Origin: Bacteroidales bacterium
GTDB lineage: Bacteria; Bacteroidota; Bacteroidia; Bacteroidales; UBA7960
NCBI GenBank assembly: GCA_019429365.1
Contig: JAHYJD010000007.1
Location: 5,073 to 69,072 of the forward strand
Reading direction: 5' to 3'
Length of the DNA: 64,000 nt
The translations under genes were made by a program, and so were the position numbers. Below the pieces are notes generated by a model. The model searched no databases. It saw only the letters and a program-made list of their open reading frames with translations, and was not told the origin of the DNA. This document shows positions 20,217 through 30,017 of the stretch, piece after piece (the first letter of the stretch is position 1; each line of letters opens with the position of its first letter).

Positions 20217-20423
20217 AAAAAAACCCGCAATTAATTCAAGAGGGTTTATAGAAACCCCAGTAATACAGGTTTTAGGGGTCGGTGTATTTCGAACGTCCAC
20301 TGTCCACTAGGGACCGCCCAAGGCGAACCATGGGTGGTGAGGCCTGTTCTAGAAACACCAAACGTGTCCTAAAGTTTAATTGTGTTGAGTTTCACAAACG
20401 TATTCTTGAATTAATGCGGGTGT
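20217..20423 (-). ncRNA. ssrS: candidate 6S-type RNA (ssrS-like)
   Basis: ORF-free gap of about 255 nt between zapA and rny. The - strand 5' arm cccgcattaattcaag (20420-20405) pairs with the 3' arm cttgaattaattgcggg (20240-20224), giving 16 bp with one bulge. The stem encloses about 165 nt and is followed by a T run. Ends are approximate. Confidence 0.5.
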
Positions 20424-20446
20424 ACCAAGAATATTTTCAAAGAGCG

Positions 20447-20740
20447 TTAGCTTTCTTTCAGCTGATCGTCCAGTATCCGTTCAAGCTTGAGCAGTTTTTC
20501 ATTCAGTTGGGCCTGTTTTTCGGCCTTGTCCTTAACACTAAGGCTATCTACCGCAAACTGTAGCGTTACCATTGCCAGCAGGTCTTGTTTGTCCCTGAAG
20601 GCGAAAGTGCTGCCATATTCGGTCATTTTTTCCTTTATCAATCGTCCGGCTTCCCGGAAAATCTGCTCCTCCTCTTCACTTTTTACGCTGAGCCGGTAAG
20701 GGCGGTCAGCAATTATAACGGATATTAACTGTTCTTTCAT
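20447..20740 (-). CDS. zapA: cell division protein ZapA
   Basis: 97 aa. The N-terminus VIIADRPYRLSV and a C-terminal coiled-coil are typical of ZapA. Confidence 0.7.
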   Translation of the reverse strand: MKEQLISVIIADRPYRLSVKSEEEEQIFREAGRLIKEKMTEYGSTFAFRDKQDLLAMVTLQFAVDSLSVKDKAEKQAQLNEKLLKLERILDDQLKES

Positions 20741-20755
20741 GAATCCCAGCAGGGC

Positions 20756-21040
20756 TTATCTGTTTAAAAGCGCGTAACACTTCTCGATTTCCCGCAAAAG
20801 TTCGTTCACTTTTTGCCGTGCCTGTAACGAATCGTTTTTTCCCAATAAGAAAGTTAGATGGTTGTTTGCCATTTTTTCTTCCATTTGTTGTATCCGGGCG
20901 GCTTGCTCATTGAGCTGTTTCCTTAATTGCTCCTGGTCAGTTTCAAGGTTTGTTATCTTCTCCTTAAGCTGCCGGTTGCGTAAGACCAGCTTCTGGGTTT
21001 TGTTGATAATGCCCTCAACGGTAAGCCCCAATTCGTCCAT
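20756..21040 (-). CDS. small coiled-coil protein (ZapB-like position upstream of zapA)
   Basis: 94 aa, heptad-rich (LKEKITNLETDQEQLRKQLNEQAARIQQMEEK), 15 nt upstream of zapA. Confidence 0.5.
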   Translation of the reverse strand: MDELGLTVEGIINKTQKLVLRNRQLKEKITNLETDQEQLRKQLNEQAARIQQMEEKMANNHLTFLLGKNDSLQARQKVNELLREIEKCYALLNR

Positions 21041-21211
21041 TCCTTTTCGGCATTAAGCGTTGCCACAAATGTAAAATATTTCCTCTAAATTAAGAAGATT
21101 TTTTGAGCTGTCAAAGCTTTTATATTAAATCCAGGGGCGTGAATCTTGGTTTTTTGTGAAAATTTTTCAAACTTTAATCTTTGATTTTTGATAATGAACC
21201 TATTGACCACT

Positions 21212-22483
21212 ATGAAAGAAGAATTTATTTCGTATCTGTGGGTAAACAAGCTGCTTTTTCCAGACAAACTGGCTACAACCCGGGGTGAAGCAGTGCAGGT
21301 ATTGCAGCCAGGGCAGATTAACCGCGACGCTGGTCCTGACTTTTTTGCTGCACGGGTCCGAATCGGAGCCACGCTTTGGGTGGGCAATGTAGAGATACAT
21401 GTGCGCAGCTCGCAATGGAATCTGCATGGTCATCATTCCGATGCCGCCTATGATAACATTATCCTGCATGTGGTTTTTGAACACGATAAGGAGGTGGTGA
21501 ACTCGCGTGGTGAAATAATGCCGGTACTTGAGGTTAAAAGTTTTTTCGAACACAAACTGCTCGAAAATTATCAGCGCTTGCAGGCTTCAAAAGCCTGGGT
21601 GCCCTGTGAGCGGCACATTGGTGAAACCGACCGCCTGATTCTGAATAACTGGCTGAGCCGCCTGCTGGTGGAAAGGCTGGAAAGAAAATCGGGCGATGTG
21701 CTTCATTTTCTCGAATATTTTGGCAACGACTGGGAACAAGTTTTTTATTTCCTGCTGGCGCGCAACTTTGGATTTAAGGTCAACGCCAGCCCCTTTGGTT
21801 TGCTGGCCCAGCGCACGCCCTACAATTTGCTGGTTCGAAACCGTAATAATCTCACAGCCCTTGAGGCGCTGCTTTTCGGACAATCAGGCTTACTTAACGA
21901 GGGCCAACAGGATGTTTACCCACGCAGCTTGATGGCCGAATACCGCCACCAGCAAAAAAAGCATGACCTGAAACCAGTCGATTTAAAACTCTGGAAGTTT
22001 GCCCGGCTGCGTCCGGTAAATTTTCCTACCATCAGAATTGCTCAGTTTGCCATGCTCATCCACCAAACCGGCCACCTTTTCCGAAACATGGTCGAAACAA
22101 AAAAACCACAAGATATTCACCAGCAATTCAAAATAAAAGCCTCACCATATTGGAACGATCATTATGTATTTGACAAGCCTTCGCAAAAAAGGGAAAAGCA
22201 TCTCGGAAAGGAGGCTGTTAACAACATCATAATAAACACGGTGGCCCCGGTATTATTTATCTACGGGAGGCAAAGCATGCGCCCGGAACTTTGCGACAAG
22301 GCCATGAATCTGTTACAGGAAACGCCCGGAGAAAACAATGCGATTGTCAGGCAATGGGAAAGCCTTGGCGTTAGCGCCCAGCATGCCGCCGATTCGCAGG
22401 CCTTGCTGGAACTGAAGAAATATTACTGCACCCCGAAAAAATGCCTGCAATGTCCCATTGGGCATATGATTTTAAAACGCTGA
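21212..22483 (+). CDS. DUF2851-family protein
   Basis: The N-terminus MKEEFISYLWVNKLLF and overall length match my recollection of the DUF2851 family. The ORF track starts at TTG 21188, and ATGs occur at 21194 and 21212. Confidence 0.65.
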   Translation: MKEEFISYLWVNKLLFPDKLATTRGEAVQVLQPGQINRDAGPDFFAARVRIGATLWVGNVEIHVRSSQWNLHGHHSDAAYDNIILHVVFEHDKEVVNSRGEIMPVLEVKSFFEHKLLENYQRLQASKAWVPCERHIGETDRLILNNWLSRLLVERLERKSGDVLHFLEYFGNDWEQVFYFLLARNFGFKVNASPFGLLAQRTPYNLLVRNRNNLTALEALLFGQSGLLNEGQQDVYPRSLMAEYRHQQKKHDLKPVDLKLWKFARLRPVNFPTIRIAQFAMLIHQTGHLFRNMVETKKPQDIHQQFKIKASPYWNDHYVFDKPSQKREKHLGKEAVNNIIINTVAPVLFIYGRQSMRPELCDKAMNLLQETPGENNAIVRQWESLGVSAQHAADSQALLELKKYYCTPKKCLQCPIGHMILKR

Positions 22484-22489
22484 TCAACC

Positions 22490-22906
22490 TCAGTCGATTA
22501 TCTGTATTTCATAGGTCAGGTCAATGGCCTTTGCCAGGGTAGCACTCACCCCGCAATATTTGTCTTTCGAGAGTTGAACAGCCCGCTCCAGTTTATCGAG
22601 TGGAAGGTTTTTTCCTTTAAAAACGTATATAACATGCATGGAAAGGAAGTCTTTGGGCAGCTCATCCCTAATATTGCCATCCACTTTGATGCTGAGGCCT
22701 TTAATATTTACCCGCATTTTCTTCAGAATGTCGACCACATCAATAGCGGTGCAACCAGCCAGCGAAACCATCATTAAAGGCTTCGGTCGCATCCCCCTGG
22801 GCTTTCCCGAATTTTCCATATCGGCATCAATCATAATTTTATGGCCTTCATTGTCAACTTCAAAAACAAGATCTTCCAGCCAGTTCAGTTCAACAGACCT
22901 CTTCAT
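22490..22906 (-). CDS. OsmC/Ohr-family protein
   Basis: 138 aa with SLAGCTAIDV and KYCGVSATL, matching the two-Cys pattern of the OsmC superfamily. Confidence 0.75.
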   Translation of the reverse strand: MKRSVELNWLEDLVFEVDNEGHKIMIDADMENSGKPRGMRPKPLMMVSLAGCTAIDVVDILKKMRVNIKGLSIKVDGNIRDELPKDFLSMHVIYVFKGKNLPLDKLERAVQLSKDKYCGVSATLAKAIDLTYEIQIID

Positions 22907-22949
22907 AGGTTATTATTTTAAATGATTTAATTCTTTCTTTCGGGTTTTC

Positions 22950-24812
22950 TTAGGACCGGCTCTCACCTATCGGAAATACAATCTTCACGGTGGTGCCGGC
23001 ATTTTGCACAATTTCCATAACGCCATTTACCTGATCTTTCACCAGCACCTCGACCAGAGGCAAGCCGTTGGTTTGCAAATTATTTACATCAAACTTTTGA
23101 GGTAGGCCCTTTCCGTTGTCAATTACTTCGAGATAACATTGACCAGCATCCTGATAAAAGTTGATCGTTAGTTTTGGGGGAAGCTGATCTCCTTTTTTCC
23201 TTCCCCTTAGATTGAAGGCGTGCGAAAGGGAGTTACTGATTATCTCGTTTACAATAATTCCTAAGGGGACGGCATGGTCGATATCAAGAAATATTTCGGA
23301 AAGATTCAGGTCAATTTCCACCTCATCTTTTCTCCTGTAAAACCCGGTAAGCTGGCCTACAATCATGCGCAGAAATCCCGAAAAATCGACCTCGGAGTAG
23401 TTGATAGAAAGGTACAAGTGATGATGCACCAGCAAAATGGCACGCACCCGTTGTGCCAACTCACTAAATTTCTGGTTTACCTTGCTGGGGTTGCCTTTGG
23501 TGATATGGGCATTGATCAGGGCAACAATCAGGTTCATATTGTTCTTCACCCTGTTATGAATCTCATTGATAAGCACTTCCTTTTCAGCAATATCAGCCTT
23601 GATCTTTTCCTCCACTTTCAATCGCTCGGTCATCTTAATCTGCAGTTCTTTATACGAGTTTGCCAGTTGGATGCTGCGTTCCTTAACCCGGGCCTCAAGC
23701 ACCTCGCTCATGCTGCGAAGCTTGTTCTCGATTTGCTGCCGTATGATAATTTCGTTGCGTAGCTTTATGGCTTCGCGATTATCCTGCCCGAAAACCATCA
23801 GTCCCACCACATCTTCAAAGTTGTCTTTAACGAGGATCAGCGAAATATTTACAGCAATGTATTCGCCCTTTGCCGATCTCAGGCTCAGCTCAGCGGGCCC
23901 GGAATACCCCTTGCTAACGGCCCATTCGGCAAACTTTTCCAGTTCGCGTTCTTCAGCAAAAAAAGATGACACCTTTCGGCCAATAATATGGCGGCTTCTC
24001 ATTTGCAGCAGGTCTGATGTAAACGAATTGGTACGGGTAACCTGCCCCTGAAGGCTACAGAAAAACAACACCTGGTTGGTACGGCCAATAACTTGCTCAG
24101 CCGCCAGGGCAGGCGTAAGGGCAAAAAACCGCAGCCTGAGCATACCATAAGCTATTCCGCCAAGCCAAAAAACCGAATAAATATGCGAAAGGTTATTAAG
24201 ACCAATAACACCACCCATGGGTAGGATAAGGTCGCTAATAATACCAAACGTAAAAGCAATGGTAAGGGGAAAGAAAATTATATTGAACTGTGCCACTTCT
24301 GCAGGCCGGTTCATGCCACGGCGCCACCAAAGCAGCAGAAAAAACAACAGCCCCAGCGAAACAAACAGATAGGCATAGCTGGCCCCAATAAAGAAAGAAA
24401 AACTGGAGGTTGCACTAAAGTGGTCGATGAAAAAAATCCGTTCAATGTTTCCGGGAACAAACAGCATGAATCCCACAAGCGTAAGGCCAATGGCAAATAA
24501 TAGCCTGAACAACCATTTTTTCAATCGATTGCTTTTTGGCAAATCGGTGAGTAGCGAGATAAACCTAATAAGGATAGGGAGATAAAGAAAAGTGCTGGCC
24601 GCTGCAAAAGGAAAGAAAGGATAGCCGCCATATAGGCGTGAGCCTGGGTCGAACACCACATGTCCGAAAGACCACGTTGCAAAAACCAGCGAAACAGCGA
24701 AAAACCAGCGATTCAGGGCGGCCGAAGGGTTTTTTAAGAACACAAACAAACCCAGTTCAAGGTACAAGATCAGCACCGTAAGAGATAATATTGAAATCAG
24801 GTTAATCTGCAT
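22950..24812 (-). CDS. membrane sensor histidine kinase (HisKA_2-type H-box)
   Basis: 620 aa. The N-terminal half is polytopic and hydrophobic, followed by a PAS-like segment and a coiled-coil. The H-box is EIHNRVKNNMNLIVALI and the ATPase motif is EVIDNGKGLP. Confidence 0.8.
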   Translation of the reverse strand: MQINLISILSLTVLILYLELGLFVFLKNPSAALNRWFFAVSLVFATWSFGHVVFDPGSRLYGGYPFFPFAAASTFLYLPILIRFISLLTDLPKSNRLKKWLFRLLFAIGLTLVGFMLFVPGNIERIFFIDHFSATSSFSFFIGASYAYLFVSLGLLFFLLLWWRRGMNRPAEVAQFNIIFFPLTIAFTFGIISDLILPMGGVIGLNNLSHIYSVFWLGGIAYGMLRLRFFALTPALAAEQVIGRTNQVLFFCSLQGQVTRTNSFTSDLLQMRSRHIIGRKVSSFFAEERELEKFAEWAVSKGYSGPAELSLRSAKGEYIAVNISLILVKDNFEDVVGLMVFGQDNREAIKLRNEIIIRQQIENKLRSMSEVLEARVKERSIQLANSYKELQIKMTERLKVEEKIKADIAEKEVLINEIHNRVKNNMNLIVALINAHITKGNPSKVNQKFSELAQRVRAILLVHHHLYLSINYSEVDFSGFLRMIVGQLTGFYRRKDEVEIDLNLSEIFLDIDHAVPLGIIVNEIISNSLSHAFNLRGRKKGDQLPPKLTINFYQDAGQCYLEVIDNGKGLPQKFDVNNLQTNGLPLVEVLVKDQVNGVMEIVQNAGTTVKIVFPIGESRS

Positions 24813-24825
24813 TTTTTATTCCGGC

Positions 24826-26676
24826 TTATTTCTCGAATTTCAAAATAAAGGATGTTCCGTATGACACTCTGTGGATCAGGCGCCCCTTCAAATGATCTTT
24901 TACCAGCACATTTACCAGGCCTAAGCCTGAAGAACCATCTCCTCCCGAAAGCGGGTCCTTGGCAAGGCCAACTCCATTATCACTTATCAGCAAGGTATAT
25001 TCGTCCTGGCGTTTGTAAAATTCCACATTGATGGTACCCACCTGCGGGCCTTTATCCTTGCTTCTCTCGGCAAGCGGAAAAGCATGTTGCAAAGCATTGG
25101 TAAGCAACTCAGTGTATATGATTCCGCAGGGAATAGCCTGATCAATTTCCAGAAATTCGTTGCCCACATTCAGTCTGAAGATAACATTCTTGCCTGCGCC
25201 TTGGTTGGCATAAATCTCACCCGTTGAATTTTTGATAAAATCACTGAAGTTTATCCGTGAGAGATTTTTGGAAGCATAGAAATCTTCGTGTATGGCCGAA
25301 ATGCTGCGGATACGCTCTGCTATACGCTTAAGTTTTTCCCTGGCTGAGGTATCCATATCCTTATGGAATCCGAGCATATTGGTAAGGGAAATAATAATCT
25401 GAATGTTGTTTTTTACACGGTGGTGAATTTCTTTAACCAGTTGAATTTTCTCCTGCAGGTCTGACGATATCTGCTGTTCGGCCCTTTTCTTTTCCAGTAT
25501 TTCCTTTCCCAGTTTCTGATTGGCATCAAAAAGTTCCTGGGTGCGTTTCTCAACAAGCATTTCCAGGTCTTGCCTGATTTGCGTAAGCGCTTTTTCGTTG
25601 CGGGTTCGTTCGGCCACCTCTTGCTGAAGCTTCACCTTTTGACGCAGGTCGACTCCAAGCAACACCATCCCTAAGAAATTTCCCAAGTAATCGTCAATCC
25701 TGACAAGAGTGATCACCACAGGAATGGGCTGGCCCGTTCTGGGAAAAAGTTCGGTGGAAATTTCGGGCACATCATGCCGAAAACGAGCCTGGCGGGTTAG
25801 CTCCTTAATGGTAGAGTGATCACGAAAAAGTTTTTCAGGAGAAAGCCGCATGATCTCGTAACTATTGAATTTGAGATTATCAAGGCAATAACGGTTCACT
25901 GAATAGATGCGCCCCTGCTGATCGAAATATATAACAAACTCGCGAAGGTGATTGGTGATAAGGCGAGAAACGATATCGACCGAAAAAACTTGCTGCCGGA
26001 GGCTAACCACAGCAAAAAACAGACCCAAACCCATTGGAATGGCATTGACATGGGCCAGCGGACCTATTTCTGTTAAGCCAAAGTATGGCAGAATAATATT
26101 TGTAAGGAAGCTAAGAAAAACAAACCCCAGCATACCTCCCAAAATAAAGTTAATCTGAAGTTTCTGCCTTCTCTGGCTTACATCTTTCCGCCATTTGTAA
26201 AGGATAAAAATAGCAATGAAGGCCGCCAGCAGCAGATAGGCAACAAAAAGGTAAAACCAGAACGATCCTGAATTAAGGTAGTAATACCTTACCCCATCAA
26301 CAAAAAAGAACTGCTTAAGGGAGTATGGATGGATTTGAAACCTGATGAAAGGTGCCACTGCCATAGGTACGAGCAAAAACCAAATGATTTGACTAATGAA
26401 TTTGTCCTCTTTATTCGAAAGACGATATATGAGGAGGGCTGTAAAAACCGGAAATCCCAGCCAGCCCAATGATGCCGCACGGTCGAACTTGTAAATCAGG
26501 TCAAGATCGAGGGTGACATGCTGGAGGAAGTTAAAAAAGGAGAAAAAAGAAAAAGAAAGGGAAAAGAAAAAGAAAGCCCATTTAATTTTTGATGGTTTCA
26601 GAATAAAATGAGCGATAATTAATGCCTGGAAAAAAAGCAAAAAGCTTACGAATGAAAGAATTGCGTAAACATTCAT
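24826..26676 (-). CDS. membrane sensor histidine kinase, paralog of the preceding gene
   Basis: 616 aa with the same architecture. The H-box is EIHHRVKNNIQIIISL and the ATPase motif is LISDNGVGL. Confidence 0.8.
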   Translation of the reverse strand: MNVYAILSFVSFLLFFQALIIAHFILKPSKIKWAFFFFSLSFSFFSFFNFLQHVTLDLDLIYKFDRAASLGWLGFPVFTALLIYRLSNKEDKFISQIIWFLLVPMAVAPFIRFQIHPYSLKQFFFVDGVRYYYLNSGSFWFYLFVAYLLLAAFIAIFILYKWRKDVSQRRQKLQINFILGGMLGFVFLSFLTNIILPYFGLTEIGPLAHVNAIPMGLGLFFAVVSLRQQVFSVDIVSRLITNHLREFVIYFDQQGRIYSVNRYCLDNLKFNSYEIMRLSPEKLFRDHSTIKELTRQARFRHDVPEISTELFPRTGQPIPVVITLVRIDDYLGNFLGMVLLGVDLRQKVKLQQEVAERTRNEKALTQIRQDLEMLVEKRTQELFDANQKLGKEILEKKRAEQQISSDLQEKIQLVKEIHHRVKNNIQIIISLTNMLGFHKDMDTSAREKLKRIAERIRSISAIHEDFYASKNLSRINFSDFIKNSTGEIYANQGAGKNVIFRLNVGNEFLEIDQAIPCGIIYTELLTNALQHAFPLAERSKDKGPQVGTINVEFYKRQDEYTLLISDNGVGLAKDPLSGGDGSSGLGLVNVLVKDHLKGRLIHRVSYGTSFILKFEK

Positions 26677-26825
26677 TTTCCGGGCAGATTGTTTATTTTA
26701 GATAAGAATAAGCAACATCAAATATCTGATTAATTTTCGAGTTTAAGAAATTATTAGCCAAGGTGCCCAATAAAAAACCCCGGAAGAAGATCGTCCGGGG
26801 CCTGAAGTTTGTAATCTGAATATTT

Positions 26826-27767
26826 TTAATCGTCCTGGTCGGCCAGAAAACGCTCAGCCTCAATGGCAGCCATGCAACCTGAGCCTGCCGCTGTAACTGC
26901 CTGCCGGTAAACATGGTCCTGAATATCGCCGGCAGCAAAAACCCCTGGCAACTTGGTCTGTGTGCTATCAGGTTTGGTTATCAGGTAACCGTTTTCGTCC
27001 ATATCGAGTTGCCCTTTAAAAAGTTCACTATTGGGCTTATGACCAATGGCAACAAAAAACCCTTCAATGTCGAGGCGGCTTTCTTCGTTGGTCTTTACGT
27101 TTTTAAGGATTGCACCATTTACGGTTTTATCGCCCACAATCTCAACAGGAACCGAGTCCCAAATTATTTCAATATTTGGGGTTTTCATAACGCGATGCTG
27201 CATAGCCTTTGAGGCACGCAGTTCGTCGCGGCGGTGAATCAGGTAAACTTTCTTGGCCAATTTCGAAAGGTAAGAAGCCTCTTCGCAGGCGGTATCGCCA
27301 CCTCCAACCACAGCCACATTCATGCCTTTGTAAAAAAAGCCATCGCATGTGGCACAGGCCGAAACCCCAAAACCATTGAATTTCTTTTCTGACTCAAGGC
27401 CAAGCCAGCGTGCCGTGGCCCCTGTAGAAATAATAAGGGTTTCGGCATAAACCTCGTTGGTTTCGTCAATGGTAACTTTGAAGGGCCTTTGCGATAAATC
27501 AACCGCCGTAGCCAAACCCCAGCGAATGTCAGTACCAAAACGCTCGGCCTGCTTGCGAAAATCTTCCATCATTTGCGGGCCTTGCACGCCATCGGGATAA
27601 CCAGGATAGTTCTCTACCTCGGTGGTAATGGTTAGTTGACCACCAGGCTGCAAGCCCTGGTAAATCACAGGCCTTAAATCGGCCCTGGCAGCATAAATGG
27701 CAGCAGTGTAACCAGCTGGTCCACTGCCAATGATCAGGCATTTGATCAGTTCTTTGTTCTCACTCAT
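26826..27767 (-). CDS. trxB: thioredoxin-disulfide reductase
   Basis: 313 aa with [16 protein letters not shown], the redox-active CATCDG motif, and [10 protein letters not shown]. Confidence 0.9.
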   Translation of the reverse strand: MSENKELIKCLIIGSGPAGYTAAIYAARADLRPVIYQGLQPGGQLTITTEVENYPGYPDGVQGPQMMEDFRKQAERFGTDIRWGLATAVDLSQRPFKVTIDETNEVYAETLIISTGATARWLGLESEKKFNGFGVSACATCDGFFYKGMNVAVVGGGDTACEEASYLSKLAKKVYLIHRRDELRASKAMQHRVMKTPNIEIIWDSVPVEIVGDKTVNGAILKNVKTNEESRLDIEGFFVAIGHKPNSELFKGQLDMDENGYLITKPDSTQTKLPGVFAAGDIQDHVYRQAVTAAGSGCMAAIEAERFLADQDD

Positions 27768-27861
27768 GGCAAGTTATTTTTCAATTTTAATTGTATTTTT
27801 GCGCAAAATTAAAATAATTATCCCACAAAAATATATTAATGTTTGTTAAAGCCCCAAAGGC

Positions 27862-28881
27862 TTACCTGCGCCTGGGTTTCATAATGAAACCAATACGGAT
27901 GGCATTGAACAAATAGCCATCATATCGGGTATCGGTGGGTTCAACCCCATCGAGAAGGTTAAAAGCGGTGTACCGGTATCCAAATTCATAACCGATCACT
28001 GTTCGAAAACCTGCCAGCCAGGAAAACCCTACGCCAAAGGGAATAGCGGGCTGCAATATCCTGAACTCACCAATGGGCTGCTCTTCAAAGCCATCGGCAT
28101 TCATTAGCTTCAGGTTATTGGCAAAAAGCCCCAAACCGGCAAAGCCATAAATATCGAAAGTATTCATGCTGGGCAGGGGTGCATAAAAGGCAATGCGAGC
28201 GTTAAATTCAAGCAAATTATTTTCGAACGAATAGCCTTCAAATCCCTGAAGTTCTTTTTCGTCGCTACCAGTCAGCCTGGCATAGTCAAGCCCAAGGCTT
28301 AGTCCGAACCATTCTACCATCCTGAACTTCGAATACACGCCAAGGGTAAAGCCAGGGTTATTCACCTGGTAATTAATAGACTGGCCCAGCCCCAATCCTT
28401 TGCTTCCCTGCAGGTCGGTAAACGAATGGGCGGTACCCACGGAAAAACCCATTTCGCGGCTACCCACGCCAAAGTATCGATCCCTTTCTGACATTCGCAA
28501 GGGCTGACGACCTCGCCCCCGGGTTTGGTTAACCATGCTGGGCGTGGGTGTGGGGCGGTCGCTGCCCAGGGTGCCGGCATTCAGACTTGCTGACTCAGGG
28601 GGAGAATACGACTGAGTCCGGTTCCGGGAATGCCTTCTCGACTGGCTCCTTTTGCTGGCTTCCGATGGCTGCCGCCTGTCGCGCGACCGGCCTCCAAAAA
28701 CCGGAGAATAATTGACACCGCCATCCGCAAACAAATTGTCGGAGTTTTGGGCAGATTGAAAATCCGGGTCCAAAACAGCCATTTCAACTCCGGTAATAAA
28801 GGAATCGGGAAAATTCGGCCCGGCATAAACCCAAACGACACCAAAAGCCAGCAAAAAAGACGAAAAAAGAAATTTCTTCAT
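27862..28881 (-). CDS. outer-membrane beta-barrel protein with Arg/Ser-rich insert
   Basis: 339 aa with a signal peptide. The C-terminal roughly 200 aa show alternating beta-strand patterning and end in an aromatic-rich barrel terminus (FNAIRIGFIMKPRRR). It is a paralog of the next gene. Confidence 0.6.
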   Translation of the reverse strand: MKKFLFSSFLLAFGVVWVYAGPNFPDSFITGVEMAVLDPDFQSAQNSDNLFADGGVNYSPVFGGRSRDRRQPSEASKRSQSRRHSRNRTQSYSPPESASLNAGTLGSDRPTPTPSMVNQTRGRGRQPLRMSERDRYFGVGSREMGFSVGTAHSFTDLQGSKGLGLGQSINYQVNNPGFTLGVYSKFRMVEWFGLSLGLDYARLTGSDEKELQGFEGYSFENNLLEFNARIAFYAPLPSMNTFDIYGFAGLGLFANNLKLMNADGFEEQPIGEFRILQPAIPFGVGFSWLAGFRTVIGYEFGYRYTAFNLLDGVEPTDTRYDGYLFNAIRIGFIMKPRRR

Positions 28882-28899
28882 AAACGAAATAGTTTCTGT

Positions 28900-29667
28900 T
28901 TACCTGCCCATGCGGGGCCCAAAATAGTAACCTAGATTAATGGCATTGAAAAAATAAGAATCCTTGGCGGGCCCTGCACTGGGGGCTTCGCCATCGAGGT
29001 AGTCGGTGAAAGTTTTTCGCCATCCAACATTAAAACCGATTTTAAAATTGCCTTGAGTGGTATAATGAAACCCGAAACCAAAAGGAATAGAGGGTTGCAA
29101 CAGGCTAAAATCTTCTTCTATTTCAATTGGTCCATCAACATTATGATACAAACTGGGATCATGATAAAAGGCAATAATTCCGGTGTAGGCATACAGATCA
29201 ATAGGAATATTGAGATAACGCTTGGGCAAATAAAACTCTGTTTTAAGGGCGATCTCATAAATATCATTGTCGAAGTAACGTGCCCGGTTATAACGCGAGG
29301 AGGTTACCGGAGATAGGCTGTCGGCCCCACCAATATTGCCGTAGTTAAAGCCCGCATTGAGGGCAAAAATGTCGCAAAACCGGTACCTGGCAAAAGCCCC
29401 GTAGTGCAAACCAGTGGCTTTCCACTGGGCGTCGAGAAACAAAATCCGCGAGGCATCGCGCGTGCCGCCAATGTCAGCAAGCGAATGGGCGGAGCCAATG
29501 CTAACGCCCACATCCCAGCCACGGGTTTTGCTCAGCATGACTTCGCGCAGCGAAGTAAAGGGTTGATTGGGAACTCCCGTTATGGGAATATTGGGGCGGG
29601 TCTGCCCGAAAATAACCTGAAAATTGCAAAGAAAAATTATGACAAACGTGAATAATATTTTCTTCAT
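28900..29667 (-). CDS. outer-membrane beta-barrel protein, paralog
   Basis: 255 aa with a signal peptide. Shared blocks with 27862-28881 are GSAHSL.D..G, LQP.IPFG.GF and FNAI..G. Confidence 0.6.
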   Translation of the reverse strand: MKKILFTFVIIFLCNFQVIFGQTRPNIPITGVPNQPFTSLREVMLSKTRGWDVGVSIGSAHSLADIGGTRDASRILFLDAQWKATGLHYGAFARYRFCDIFALNAGFNYGNIGGADSLSPVTSSRYNRARYFDNDIYEIALKTEFYLPKRYLNIPIDLYAYTGIIAFYHDPSLYHNVDGPIEIEEDFSLLQPSIPFGFGFHYTTQGNFKIGFNVGWRKTFTDYLDGEAPSAGPAKDSYFFNAINLGYYFGPRMGR

Positions 29668-30017
29668 ATAAAAAGCTTAAAGCATTTATATTTCTGACAC
29701 GAAAAAAAAGCGCCCAGGTTTCCCGAATCCTTATTAGCACTGGCAAAAACCCAAAAACATAACAATTTTTGCAAGTGTAAAGTTAACAAAAAACGAATGG
29801 GCAATACATGTATTATTGTAATACAACGAAAAGCAGGCCCGTTTATTTGGTATGATTTTAGATATATGAGCAAATAATTATGCCGGTAAATTGTACTTTT
29901 GCTAATATTACAACTGGCTTACCGGCCCCCTTCAACGAGCATGATTCGTTAAACCAATTTGGATATAGATTCATCATGCGGATGGTATCCAGTCTTCACA
30001 AATAAAAAAATCTGAAA

